This document shows, piece by piece, positions 36,763 through 46,598 of a stretch of DNA of 64,000 bases. Every line of letters begins with the position of its first letter. Position 1 is the first letter of the stretch. The notes under the pieces are model-generated. The model was not told the DNA's origin, searched no databases, and worked only from the letters and a program-made list of their open reading frames with translations. The position numbers were made by a program, and so were the translations under genes. The stretch comes from an uncultured Campylobacter sp. (lineage in GTDB: Bacteria > Campylobacterota > Campylobacteria > Campylobacterales > Campylobacteraceae): positions 3,532 through 67,531 of the forward strand of contig NZ_CALIIS010000038.1 in the NCBI RefSeq assembly GCF_938017705.1, written 5' to 3'.

Positions 36763-37329
36763 TCATTCAGGTTTTTTTGCGTTGTGTTGTAGATATTTTA
36801 CGATCAAATTTAAATCATCGCCCTCAAGCGCTACGTAGTTTGCGTTGATCATCTCTTGCAGATTCGCAGGCCATTGATTTGCCGTGAAGCTCTTTGGCTC
36901 ATGCAAGCGGTGACACGCCGAGCAGATCTGCTCGTAGTTCGTCTTTGCCTCCGCATAAAGCGCCTTAGCGTCCTTAGCTACGGCATCCGAACTGATCTCG
37001 TAAATCCCCTCCGCCTCATACCAAATCTCGCCGTAATCGTCCTCGAGCTTTTTGCCCTTTTTAAAATTTGCTTCGGCTTCGTTCGTAAAAATCGCGTAAA
37101 TTTCAGCCTCTTTCATATTTTTTTGGATTTGAAGCTGATAGTTTTCGCTCACGACGCCTTTAATTTTAATCTTGGTAACGCCGCCATCGCTGGATATCAC
37201 CTCGATCGGCGTTAAAATTTGAACCTCGCCGATAGTTTTTCCCTCCTGCGAGATCGCCGTGGTTTTGGAGATCACCTCGCCGCCAAAAAGCGAACACGCA
37301 CAGATAAATGAGATAAAAATTTTCCTCAT
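36763..37329 (-). CDS. periplasmic monohaem c-type cytochrome, partner of the second reductase
   Basis: Signal peptide, a single CSACH motif, and the same C-terminal layout as 27174..27782 (...NQWP...I..M.........L..I..YLQ.H). Confidence 0.8.
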   Translation of the reverse strand: MRKIFISFICACSLFGGEVISKTTAISQEGKTIGEVQILTPIEVISSDGGVTKIKIKGVVSENYQLQIQKNMKEAEIYAIFTNEAEANFKKGKKLEDDYGEIWYEAEGIYEISSDAVAKDAKALYAEAKTNYEQICSACHRLHEPKSFTANQWPANLQEMINANYVALEGDDLNLIVKYLQHNAKKPE

Positions 37330-37387
37330 AAAGTATCCTTTCTAGGTTGTCTTTAACGCGAATTATAAATCAAAGATAAATTTAAAT

Positions 37388-37406
37388 TTGTCGCGATTGC
37401 GACGAA
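37388..37406. promoter_or_regulatory. palindrome in the divergent reductase/regulator promoter region
   Basis: GTCGC (37390-37394), 4 nt, then GCGAC (37399-37403), extended imperfectly to TTGTCGC/GCGACGA. Confidence 0.3.
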
Positions 37407-37441
37407 TTTATCCTTTTTATGTAAAATTTACGTGAAATTTT

Positions 37442-38038
37442 ATGCAAAGAGCTGCTATGATAGATAGACTAAATAACGATTACAGCGAGAAATTCGACTT
37501 TTTAAGCAGGGAGCAGATTGCTAAATTTAGGCGCGAAAGCTACGCTCGCGGCGACGTGATCTACGCGCAGAAGTTTAAATTTATCATTCTGCTGCGTGGC
37601 AGGGCGAAGCTAAACTGCTACGAAAACGGCAAGGAATTTATCTTTAGCTTCGTAAAAAGCGGCGCCTACGTCTGCTTGGATAAAAACACGAGCCTTGAAA
37701 TTTTAAGCGACTGCGAGACGCTGCAGATCAATATCTCGGAGCTTTTCGAGCTACTCGGAGACGAGTTTGCAAGCTCGATCATAAACGCGCTTATCAAAAA
37801 TATCTACTCACAACGGATTTTAATTAAAGAGATCGTCTTTGCGAAAATCCAGACGCGGATTTTAAATTTTCTAAATCGCATCGCAAACGCCGATAAGATC
37901 GTGGAGCTTCCCTTTAATATAATGACGCTGGCAAGCCTGCTCGGAGCGCCTCGCCAAAACGTCTCCTCGGCGATTACGAGGCTCGTAAACGACAAAAAAA
38001 TAGTGAAATTAAAGGGCAATAGGATTAAAATTTTATAG
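37442..38038 (+). CDS. Crp/Fnr-family transcriptional regulator
   Basis: cNMP-binding-like beta-roll region followed by a C-terminal HTH (...TLASLLGAPRQNVSSAITRLVNDKKI...). An alternative ATG lies at 37457. No N-terminal Fnr-type Cys cluster is visible. Confidence 0.8.
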   Translation: MQRAAMIDRLNNDYSEKFDFLSREQIAKFRRESYARGDVIYAQKFKFIILLRGRAKLNCYENGKEFIFSFVKSGAYVCLDKNTSLEILSDCETLQINISELFELLGDEFASSIINALIKNIYSQRILIKEIVFAKIQTRILNFLNRIANADKIVELPFNIMTLASLLGAPRQNVSSAITRLVNDKKIVKLKGNRIKIL

Positions 38039-38183
38039 TCTGAATCTGCGCAGGGGATCTAAATTTAGACGAAAAGGATTATTTTAAGCGAAACCGCCTC
38101 ATAAGACAAAGGGCTAAAACCAAAATGGGATTAGCCCTAAATTTAGCTTATTTGCAAAGCTTATGTGTGCTACAAAGCTACGT

Positions 38184-38591
38184 TTAAAAAATCGAGCCTC
38201 TGCTTGCGGGTCGCAACGGATCGTCTCCAAAGCGGTTGCCTCCGTTAGTGCCTTGCTGGATAAAAAATACGATCAATACTATCGAGCCTATTATCGGGAC
38301 AAAAATTAACAGATAAAACCAGCTGCTTCTATCGGTATCGTGCAGACGCCTTACCGCTACGGCAATAGAAGGTAAAAGTATTGCCAATAAAAAGATTGAG
38401 TTAATGAAACCGATCATTCTACCGGAACTCGTAACGGCATAGGTGCCTAAAAAGCCATCCAATACTAACGTTATAATTCCTAAAAGTGCCGCAAATAATG
38501 CAAACCACCAGTACTCTGAACGTGGTGCACGCCCCTCAAAGTTGCAATAATTCTCTTTGAGACAAGTGCGAACAGACTCTATAAAAGTCAT
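38184..38591 (-). CDS. DUF805-family inner-membrane protein (paralogue of 30352..30795)
   Basis: MTFIESVRTCLKENYCNFEGRAPRSEYWWFALF and VRRLHDTDRSSWFYLL. The N-terminus is nearly superimposable on the other copy. Confidence 0.8.
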   Translation of the reverse strand: MTFIESVRTCLKENYCNFEGRAPRSEYWWFALFAALLGIITLVLDGFLGTYAVTSSGRMIGFINSIFLLAILLPSIAVAVRRLHDTDRSSWFYLLIFVPIIGSIVLIVFFIQQGTNGGNRFGDDPLRPASRGSIF

Positions 38592-38888
38592 CTCAAACTC
38601 CTTTTTAAAAATAAGATAAATTATATAACAATGGCACTTAAATTTATCCTTTATATTGATTAAATTTTAAAATTTACCTTCGCCGCCACGCTGTCTGGCA
38701 AATACATTAAAATTTATCTCGAATGAACTTAATAGCGAGCTGTTTGATAAGTGAAGTAGGGTAGGTTGGCGGAACAAATTTTGCTTTTTCGCTCGCGTTA
38801 AATGACAAAGTAGGGCGGCTGCGACTAGCACAATTATAATAGCGATTTTATCTGCTTTGCCATGCCATAGCCGTATGAATTTTAAAAT

Positions 38889-39845
38889 TTAGCCCTTTTG
38901 ACGGCTTAAAATTTTAGAAATTTTTGCGGCGTCGTAAGTTTTCGCCTGCGCTTTTAGAAACTCGCAAAGCTCTTTCTGCTTACAAAGACCGTGAGCGAGC
39001 AAAAACTCCGCCGTCATCTCGTCATCCAGCACCACAGCTACTTTGATAAGCGTTTCGATCTCCTTTTTATCGATGCTCGCAAAGCTTTGAAATTTTAAAA
39101 TTTCGTCCAAATAGCATAATCTCCCATCGCGGAATTCTTTAAATTTGGCGCCCGCGGCAAACTCCCTCGCGGCAAGCGGCAGCGCCTCCTTATATCCGAG
39201 AATGGAAACGTTGTTGTCGCTTAGAAATATTAATTCGCTGCCCGCAACCGAGCCGACCACATCTTTCGTATCTCGCGCGCCGTTTGCAATCAAAAACTTA
39301 AATGCCTCGAAATTATCGTTTGCCGCGGCATCTCGCAGCAGCCCGCTAGCCTTGACGTCCGCGCCGTTTCGTACCAAAAGCTCTAAAAGCCGCATCGCAT
39401 CGGCTTTATCAAAATGGTAAAGCTTCGCTATCTCACCGCTAAATTTTGAGCCGAAAAAGATCGCGAGCTTTAGCGGCGAGAAATAACCGCCGTCTCCGCC
39501 GTAATTGAGATTTGGTTTGAATTTAAGGATTTTTTCTATCCGCTCGAAGTCAAATTTTGAATTTCGCAGCACCTTTGGATTAAAAATGAAAGCGGTGAAA
39601 ATTCTATCTTTAAACTCCCCGAAATCCTCGTCGATCCTGCCCCTGTTTTGCGCCGCGAAGGCTAAAAGTGCGTCCAAGCCCGCATCTATCTGCGCATCGC
39701 TAGCATTTTCATCGTAAAAAATTTCAAAATTTGGCTGCGATAAATTTGACTCTGCTTGCTGTGAAGCAGAAACTCTCGCGTCATCCTTAGCGGCGCCGAA
39801 AGCGCAACTCGCAAGCAAAAGCCACAAAAAGATAAAATTTTTCAT
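38889..39845 (-). CDS. exported ankyrin-repeat protein
   Basis: The ATG at 39845 gives the signal peptide MKNFIFLWLLLASCAFGA. Ankyrin-type units are present: ...LLELLVRNGADVKA... and ...AAANDNFEAFKFLIANGARD... Confidence 0.7.
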   Translation of the reverse strand: MKNFIFLWLLLASCAFGAAKDDARVSASQQAESNLSQPNFEIFYDENASDAQIDAGLDALLAFAAQNRGRIDEDFGEFKDRIFTAFIFNPKVLRNSKFDFERIEKILKFKPNLNYGGDGGYFSPLKLAIFFGSKFSGEIAKLYHFDKADAMRLLELLVRNGADVKASGLLRDAAANDNFEAFKFLIANGARDTKDVVGSVAGSELIFLSDNNVSILGYKEALPLAAREFAAGAKFKEFRDGRLCYLDEILKFQSFASIDKKEIETLIKVAVVLDDEMTAEFLLAHGLCKQKELCEFLKAQAKTYDAAKISKILSRQKG

Positions 39846-40014
39846 ATCGTCCTCGCTTAAATTTTGCCCGATTATATCAAATCTAAGGCTAAATTTAACG
39901 GCATCTTGAAATTTCATAAAAAGCAAACGGCAAATAAATTTAGCCCAAAAAAGCGCCTTTTGATTTTAATTTCGCTAGAATTAGCCGTAAATAACCTAAA
40001 CAAAGGAGCGGCAA

Positions 40015-40818
40015 ATGAAACTACTTTTTACTTTGATCTTGCTTTGTGCAGGGCTTTTTGCAAACACGCTGCAAGAGATTAGAAATAGCGGCGTCATCAG
40101 AGTCGGCGTCAGAGATGGCAGACCGCCTTTTAGCGAGATTAGCGGTGGTAAATTTGAAGGCTTTGAGATCGAGCTTGCCAATGCGATCGCAAAGGCGATT
40201 TTTGGCGCCAAACAAGGCGAAGTGCAGTTTGTCTCTCTAAGCGCCGCCGATCGCGTCTCGTATCTAGTCAATAATAAAGTCGATATAGTTGCAGCTACCT
40301 TCGTCATCGATTCGGCGCGCAAAAATCATGTAGACTTCTCGATGCCGTATTTTTCGACCAATCTCGGCGTACTAACTCGCAAAGCGGACGCCATCAAAGA
40401 TATATCGCGTTTGCGCGATATGAGGCTCATAACCGAAGAGGGCACGACCGTAGACAATTACCTCAAAAAAGAGAAATTTAGCAACGTAAGCTACTGCAAA
40501 AACACAAGCGAATGCTACGCGATGATCCGAGACGGCAAAGCCGACGGATACGTCAATCTAAATATCACGGTGCTAGCCTACGCCGTCGTGGACGATACGC
40601 TCGAAGTGCCGTTTCAAAACTTCGGCAAGCCCGATTTCATCGGTATTGGCGTGCAAAAGGGCAACAAAGAGCTGCTTGATTTCATCAACGCAGAGCTTGT
40701 CAAGCTAAGCAAAGAGGGCTTTTTCAAAAAGGCTTATCAGGACACCTTTGAGCCTTTTTACCGCGGCACGGCGGATAAAAAATACTTCCTGCTAGATGGA
40801 ATTTATGATTTGCTATAA
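40015..40818 (+). CDS. periplasmic substrate-binding protein (SBP family 3), tandem copy 1
   Basis: Signal peptide, then IRVGVRDGRPPFSE...FEGFEIELA. No permease or ATPase gene is adjacent. Confidence 0.8.
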   Translation: MKLLFTLILLCAGLFANTLQEIRNSGVIRVGVRDGRPPFSEISGGKFEGFEIELANAIAKAIFGAKQGEVQFVSLSAADRVSYLVNNKVDIVAATFVIDSARKNHVDFSMPYFSTNLGVLTRKADAIKDISRLRDMRLITEEGTTVDNYLKKEKFSNVSYCKNTSECYAMIRDGKADGYVNLNITVLAYAVVDDTLEVPFQNFGKPDFIGIGVQKGNKELLDFINAELVKLSKEGFFKKAYQDTFEPFYRGTADKKYFLLDGIYDLL

Positions 40819-41047
40819 AAGCGTAGAGCTAGGAATTAAAATATAAAATTTATCGAAGGTAGTTTGCATAACTAATAAATCTTGGGATTTAAAATTTTTC
40901 AAATTCATTAAATTTTAAATCCCCACTTCGCCCCTAAATTTCAAACTTGCATACGCGCGGTGATTGAATTTTAAACCGCTTGCATTTATTTTCTCTAAAA
41001 TATATAGTGCTATAATTAGTTCAAAACTAAAAAGTAGGGGGCTTTTT

Positions 41048-41860
41048 ATGAGATTACTTTTTATTTTAGCCTTATTTTGCGCTAGCATTTTTGCAAATAC
41101 ACTAGATGAAATCAGGCAGGCAGGTGTTATCAGAGTGGGCGTGCGCGAAGGTCGTCCGCCGCTAAGCGAGTCTAATAACGGCAAGTTTGAGGGCTTTGAA
41201 ATCGAGCTTGCTAGCTCAATCGCCAAAGATATTTTCGGCGATAAAAAGGGCGAAGTGCAGTTCGTAGCCGTAACCGCAGGCGAGAGAATCCCGTTTTTGA
41301 AAAATAACAAGGTCGATATGGTTATCGGCACCTTTATGATTACGCAAGAGCGTAAGAAGCAGGTGGATTTCTCACTGCCGTATTTATCGGTAAATTTTGG
41401 CATTGTAACGCGTAAAGAGGATCAAGTGAAGGACTTCGCACAGGTTCGTGATATGAGAATTTCAATCGAAAAGAACCCAAACGGCTCGATGACCGAGCGA
41501 TATCTGCGAAAAGAGAAATTTAGCAATTTAGTTTACTGCAAAAATACCTCCGAGTGCTATGCGATGATGAAGGACGGCAGAGCCGACGGCTACGCCAATG
41601 ACAACATCATCGTCCTAGCCTACGCCGTAGTAGACGATACGCTCGAAGTGCCGTTTAAAAACCTAGGCGCGGCGGAATTCTTAGGCGTCGGCGTGCAAAA
41701 AGGCAATCAAAGCTTGCTTGATTTCATCAATGCCGATCTAATCAAACTAAGCAAAGAGGGCTTTTTTAAAAAGGCTTATGAGGACACTTTCGAGCCGTTT
41801 TACCGCGGCACTGCGGATAAAAAATACTTCCTGCTAGACGGAATTTATAATATGCTTTAG
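41048..41860 (+). CDS. periplasmic substrate-binding protein (SBP family 3), tandem copy 2
   Basis: The real start is the ATG at 41048 (MRLLFILALFCASIFA). It is collinear with and highly similar to copy 1. The C-terminal block EGFFKKAY.DTFEPFYRGTADKKYFLLDGIY is shared. Confidence 0.8.
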   Translation: MRLLFILALFCASIFANTLDEIRQAGVIRVGVREGRPPLSESNNGKFEGFEIELASSIAKDIFGDKKGEVQFVAVTAGERIPFLKNNKVDMVIGTFMITQERKKQVDFSLPYLSVNFGIVTRKEDQVKDFAQVRDMRISIEKNPNGSMTERYLRKEKFSNLVYCKNTSECYAMMKDGRADGYANDNIIVLAYAVVDDTLEVPFKNLGAAEFLGVGVQKGNQSLLDFINADLIKLSKEGFFKKAYEDTFEPFYRGTADKKYFLLDGIYNML

Positions 41861-42227
41861 ACCTTAGAATTCTAAGGCGCGGGGTTTTAAAATTTTAAAA
41901 TTCCGCCGCGCGCGAGGCGAGTGGAATTTTACGATATGCAAATTTTGAAATTTTTGTAGCTGCAAAATTTCGTAAAATTCTAAAATTTAAAATTTTATCT
42001 CACGCCCGCTCGGTTTTAAAATATCTATTCCATTTAAAGCAAAATTCTACGCTACGAACAGAATTTTACCCGCACTGCGAATTTCAAAATCCGTACTGCA
42101 ACAAAATCCCCCCAGATAAGCGCGATAAAATTTAAAAGGATAAAATTCTGCGTGAGCTAAATTCTGACTCACGGCAAAAGCGCAGTCGCCGCAGATGCTA
42201 TCGTTTAAGCTTTGTGGTCGCAGAAAT

Positions 42228-42815
42228 TTACTCAAACGCCTTGTAGTGCGCCTCGTCTGCGAATTCTAACATCTCGCGATCGCCCCTGCTGTCGCCGTAA
42301 GCGATGATGCGATCGAAAGCCTGCACGTCGTATGCTGCGCGCACGCGAGCGACCTTTTGCGCGCCGTAGCAGTTCTGCCCCTCGATCTCGCCCGTGATGA
42401 TGCCGCCTTTGCGCCGTATTTTAGTGCCTAAGAGCTCCAAGCCCTGCGCTTCGCACCACGGGCGCAGCCAGTCTTCGAGGGAGGCGGTGACGATGACGAC
42501 CCTATCGCCCGCGGCTTTGTAGCTTGCGATCTTGTCCATCGCGCTTTGTTTTAGGATATCTTCGATGTGGGTGGTGGAGTATTTTTTGCAAATTTTATCG
42601 AATTTATCGGCGCTCATGCCCGCAAAAAAGTAGCCCAGAAGCTTTCTGCGCGTAAAATTATTGCTCGCAAGACCTAGCTTATACGCCGCCAAAATCGGCG
42701 ATAGCACCAAAATCCCGCGAAAAAATTTCTTAAATCCGACTACGTAGGCGACGAACTCGAGCAGCGAATCATCGCGCGTGATCGTGCCGTCAAAGTCGAA
42801 TAAAACAAGATTCAT
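42228..42815 (-). CDS. HAD-IB family hydrolase (phosphoserine-phosphatase-like)
   Basis: The ATG at 42815 lies behind AGGAGA. DxDGT motif (LFDFDGTIT) and C-terminal GDSRGDREML. Confidence 0.8.
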   Translation of the reverse strand: MNLVLFDFDGTITRDDSLLEFVAYVVGFKKFFRGILVLSPILAAYKLGLASNNFTRRKLLGYFFAGMSADKFDKICKKYSTTHIEDILKQSAMDKIASYKAAGDRVVIVTASLEDWLRPWCEAQGLELLGTKIRRKGGIITGEIEGQNCYGAQKVARVRAAYDVQAFDRIIAYGDSRGDREMLEFADEAHYKAFE

Positions 42816-42864
42816 TGCCTCTCCTAGCAAAATTTTAGCAGCGTAAATTTTAAAATTTGCCTAT

Positions 42865-42901
42865 AAAAAAGGCGTGAAATTTAAAAGCTAAATTTCACGC
42901 C
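42865..42901 (-). terminator. rho-independent terminator of typA
   Basis: GGCGTGAAATTT (42871-42882) pairs with AAATTTCACGCC (42890-42901), a 12-bp stem. On the minus strand it is followed by TTTTTT (complement of 42865-42870). It sits 27 nt past the typA stop. Confidence 0.65.
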
Positions 42902-42927
42902 AAATTTTAAAATTTCATTTTGAAATT

Positions 42928-44730
42928 CTATTTTTTCGCCATTCGTCTGCGCGTCGTAGGATCAAGGTATCGCTTGCGCACGCGGATATTTACGGGCGTA
43001 ACCTCCACGAGCTCGTCCTCCTCGATCCACTCCAGCGCGCGCTCTAAATTTAGCGCACGCGGCGGCACGAGCTTGATCGCGTCGTCGCTGCCGCTGGCGC
43101 GGACGTTGGTTAAATTTTTACCCTTGATCGGATTGACGTCCAGATCGTTCGGACGGCTGTGCTCGCCGATGATCATACCTAGATAGACCTTCGCCTGCGG
43201 AGCGATAAAAAGCACGCCGCGATCTTGCAGGTTCCACAGGCTGTATCCTAGCGCCACTCCGTTTTCCATACTCACGAGCGCGCCGTTTTGTCGCTTCTCG
43301 ACCGCGCCGATAAATGGGCGAAATTCCAAAAAGCTATGGTTCATCACACCTTCGCCGCGAGTATCAGTCAAAAACTGCGAGCGAAAGCCGATAAGACCGC
43401 GCGCCGGGATCTCAAACTCCATACGCGTCTGCCCGTCGCCGGTAGGATTCATCACCTTCATCTCGGCCTTTTTGCGGCCGAGCTTTTCTATGACGGTGCC
43501 GGTGCAATCATCGGGTGCGTCGATAACTAAGTGCTCGAAAGGCTCACATTTGATGCCGTCGATCTCTTTGATGATAACTTCCGGGCGTCCGAGGCAAAAC
43601 TCAAAGCCCTCGCGGCGCATATTCTCAGCCAAAATCGTGATCTGTAGCTCACCGCGACCGCTTACTTTAAATTTGCCCTCGCCCGCGTTTTCATAGCGCA
43701 TCGCGATGTTAGTTTTCATCTCCGCTTCCAAGCGCTCGTCGATCTTGTTTGAGGTTACGAATTTTCCCTCCGTGCCCGCCAGCGGTCCGTCATTTACGCT
43801 GAAAATTACGCTAAGGGTCGGCTCTTCGATATGCAGCGCATCAAGCGGGATCGGATTATTGGGATCGACGATGCTGTCGCCTACGTCAAGCGCGTCAAAG
43901 CCCGCAATCGCCACGATGTCGCCCGTGCCCGCCGCGTCGATGTCGGTGCGCTCAAGCCCGCTAAAGCCGATGAGCTTTGAAATTCTACCGTTGATGTGCG
44001 TGCCGTCGGCTTTGGCTAACATAACACTTTGGTTTTTATTTATAGTGCCGTTGAAAATCCTAGCGATGCCAATCTTGCCTACGTAGTTATCGTAATCGAG
44101 CGTGAAAACCTGCAGCTGCAAAGGATTGTCATCGCTACCGCTAGGGGTCGGAACGTGAGAGATGATCGTCTCAAAAAGCGGCTTCATATCGGTGCTTTCG
44201 TCGTTTAGATCGTATTTTGCATAGCCGTTTTTAGCCGCGGCATAGATAACTGGAAACTCCAGCTGCTCGTCGTTTGCATCAAGCGCTACGAAAAGATCGA
44301 AAATTTCATTTACCACGCGGTCCGGATCGGCTGCGGGCTTATCGATTTTATTTACGACTACTATCGGCCTAAGCCCCAAAGATAGCGCCTTTTTTACGAC
44401 AAATTTCGTCTGCGGCATGACGCCTTCTTGCGCGTCGACGAGCAAAAGCACGCCGTCTACCATCTTTAGCACGCGCTCGACCTCGCCGCCGAAATCGGCG
44501 TGGCCCGGAGTGTCAATGATGTTGATTTTAACGCCGCCGTAGTGGATGGCGGTGTTTTTGGATAGGATCGTAATACCGCGCTCGCGCTCGATATCGTTGC
44601 TGTCCATCACGCGCTCGCCGACTTCTTGGTGATTACCAAAGGTGCCGGATTGTTTTAAAAGCTCATCTACGATAGTGGTCTTGCCGTGATCGACGTGCGC
44701 GATAACCGCGATATTTCTGATATTTTCCAA
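42928..44730 (-). CDS. typA: translational GTPase TypA/BipA
   Basis: [19 protein letters not shown]...[12 protein letters not shown]...NKID. 600 aa with the full BipA layout. Confidence 0.95.
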   Translation of the reverse strand: MENIRNIAVIAHVDHGKTTIVDELLKQSGTFGNHQEVGERVMDSNDIERERGITILSKNTAIHYGGVKINIIDTPGHADFGGEVERVLKMVDGVLLLVDAQEGVMPQTKFVVKKALSLGLRPIVVVNKIDKPAADPDRVVNEIFDLFVALDANDEQLEFPVIYAAAKNGYAKYDLNDESTDMKPLFETIISHVPTPSGSDDNPLQLQVFTLDYDNYVGKIGIARIFNGTINKNQSVMLAKADGTHINGRISKLIGFSGLERTDIDAAGTGDIVAIAGFDALDVGDSIVDPNNPIPLDALHIEEPTLSVIFSVNDGPLAGTEGKFVTSNKIDERLEAEMKTNIAMRYENAGEGKFKVSGRGELQITILAENMRREGFEFCLGRPEVIIKEIDGIKCEPFEHLVIDAPDDCTGTVIEKLGRKKAEMKVMNPTGDGQTRMEFEIPARGLIGFRSQFLTDTRGEGVMNHSFLEFRPFIGAVEKRQNGALVSMENGVALGYSLWNLQDRGVLFIAPQAKVYLGMIIGEHSRPNDLDVNPIKGKNLTNVRASGSDDAIKLVPPRALNLERALEWIEEDELVEVTPVNIRVRKRYLDPTTRRRMAKK

Positions 44731-44794
44731 AATTTTCTCCGTTTGCTATTTTAAAGGCTGACGATTATACTAAAAAAATTCTTAAGATAAAAAT

Positions 44795-45214
44795 TTACGA
44801 GTACTCTTTGACTTCGCAGACAAAAAACTCATAAACGCGTTGTTGGATCAGCGCATCCTCGTCATCGTCGCCGATCAGACGGCGTAGATGCGAAAAATCG
44901 ATCTTTTTGATATATTTTTTGTTATTTTTAATATCTCTGTCTATCTCTTTTAAAAGCGAGTCTAAATTTAGGCCTTTATAGGTCTTTGCCTTTAAGATAT
45001 ACTCTTTTACGATGGATACCAGTACGCCGATGCGTTGCTCGTCGCCCGGATAAATTTCGCCCGCTATATCTTTGATCACATCGTAATCCTCGTCGGTCTG
45101 CTTTTTTTTGGCAAGCAGCATTGCGGCAAAAATTTTGGCTCTAAACTCAATAGAGCGATGGTGAGGGATAAAAACCTCGCGAAATACGGATAAAAGATGA
45201 TTTTTAAAATTCAT
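44795..45214 (-). CDS. hypothetical helical protein, possibly TerB-like
   Basis: 139 aa with a weak SD. The family guess rests only on the helical pattern and an acidic loop. Confidence 0.5.
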   Translation of the reverse strand: MNFKNHLLSVFREVFIPHHRSIEFRAKIFAAMLLAKKKQTDEDYDVIKDIAGEIYPGDEQRIGVLVSIVKEYILKAKTYKGLNLDSLLKEIDRDIKNNKKYIKKIDFSHLRRLIGDDDEDALIQQRVYEFFVCEVKEYS

Positions 45215-45252
45215 TTATAACCTTACTTTAAGAAACATTTCCATATAATCCC

Positions 45253-45360
45253 GATTGCCCTTTCTTAGACCTGTGCAATGCTTTTTTTAGGCACCGCTTC
45301 AGGGTAGGAATACAGCAGAGCACTTAGATCTCGCATGTGCCGCAGCCATCTGGGAAGGGG
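45253..45360 (+). ncRNA. ffs: signal recognition particle RNA (4.5S RNA)
   Basis: TATAAT lies at 45244-45249. The domain IV core CAGG-GUA-GGAA-UAC-AGCAG (45300-45318, GGAA tetraloop at 45307-45310) mirrors E. coli CAGG-UCC-GGAA-GGA-AGCAG. GGCAC (45290-45294) pairs with GUGCC (45337-45341). The 5' CCCUUUC pairs with the 3' GGGAAGGGG, followed by UUUU. Confidence 0.75.
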
Positions 45361-45362
45361 TT

Positions 45363-46598
45363 TTATAAATCGATCCTATTAAGCCCGAAATGCTCTTTGA
45401 AATCCTCGCAAACACTCTGAAAATCAACGCCTTCGATTTTCGGCTTGGCTTTGAAAAACTCTAGCATCGAATTATACCCGCTAAGCAATTCCTTGCTTTT
45501 CACGCCGTAGCTAATCGAAATTCCAGCCTCAAAAAACGCCGCGAGTTTGTCGCAATACTTAAGCGCCTTGCCGTCGATTGCGCGAAATTTATCTTCGTTA
45601 AACATCTTTAGGCTGCCTTCTGCAAATTTAGGCTCCTTGCCTAGCTCGAAGGTGCGGTTTTCAAACTCATCTTTTATAAATTTACCGCTCTCTTTGCGGA
45701 TACCCAAAATATAGCTGAAATCATCTCTCATATGCTCCGGCACGAAAGGCAAAATTTTATCGTCTATTAGTCGCATCTCATATTCGCTAATGATGTCGCT
45801 AAGGCCTTTGACGCCGTATTTTACGGGGCTAATGATGTCGCGAGTGAGGCTTTCAGGCAAATCGTGAAATAACGCGCAGAAAAAATTATACGCCGTGCGC
45901 GAGCGGCACGCATCCACTTCAAGCGAAAAAAAGTAGCTTAAAATCGCAACTACCAGCATGTGTCCAAGCACCGATGTCTCAGGAATTCGCGGCGTCTGCG
46001 CCCAGCGCTTTTGAAAACGAAGTCTGCCGCTAAGATCGACTATGCGGGCGAGCTTTTTATTCATCACGATCTTTCGCACGCCGATAAGCTCGTAATAATC
46101 CTCGAGCTCCTCCTCCACCTTGGCTTTTAGCTCCTCGATGTCGTTTAGAAACTGACTCGTCTGATAGACGATGTTAAATTCCCACCGCGTAGAGAGGTAG
46201 CTTGCCGCCTTTAAGATCACGGCTTCTTTCTTATGATCTTTGGAATTTAGATATTTTTTAAATCGCTCGAAAAAAGCGCCGTTTTGAATAGGCAAAAGAT
46301 CGCTTTCGAGGACGCTTAAAACCCATTCGTTGATCTTTTTTTTCTTGGTTTTTTGGATCTGATGAAAGACGTCCGGACGGATGTCGGTTACTACGATACG
46401 CGCTAAAAACTCGAAAATCCCTGCTTCGATGACGTAGTTGATATCCACGTCGCGCTCAAAGCTAGCGATAAAATAAGCGATAATAAATTTATGCGCCTGC
46501 TTGTCGAGCTCGACTAAACTCACCATCTTTGGGTAATCATTCCAGCGACTAATGCTTGCGGATTTAAAAATTTGTTCGACTAAATTTGAGCTTATCAT
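45363..46598 (-). CDS. HD-domain metal-dependent phosphohydrolase
   Basis: ...SVLGHMLVVAIL... and ...ALFHDLPESLTRDI... supply the H...HD motif. It overlaps the queF stop by 4 nt. Confidence 0.8.
   Translation of the reverse strand: MISSNLVEQIFKSASISRWNDYPKMVSLVELDKQAHKFIIAYFIASFERDVDINYVIEAGIFEFLARIVVTDIRPDVFHQIQKTKKKKINEWVLSVLESDLLPIQNGAFFERFKKYLNSKDHKKEAVILKAASYLSTRWEFNIVYQTSQFLNDIEELKAKVEEELEDYYELIGVRKIVMNKKLARIVDLSGRLRFQKRWAQTPRIPETSVLGHMLVVAILSYFFSLEVDACRSRTAYNFFCALFHDLPESLTRDIISPVKYGVKGLSDIISEYEMRLIDDKILPFVPEHMRDDFSYILGIRKESGKFIKDEFENRTFELGKEPKFAEGSLKMFNEDKFRAIDGKALKYCDKLAAFFEAGISISYGVKSKELLSGYNSMLEFFKAKPKIEGVDFQSVCEDFKEHFGLNRIDL

Noticed and set aside
39996-41403. ORFs antisense to or overlapping the tandem SBP genes (39996..40322, 40021..40215, 40046..40240, 40915..41403)
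   Set aside because: They are shadow frames of well-supported SBP genes or their upstream regions. They have no independent signals.
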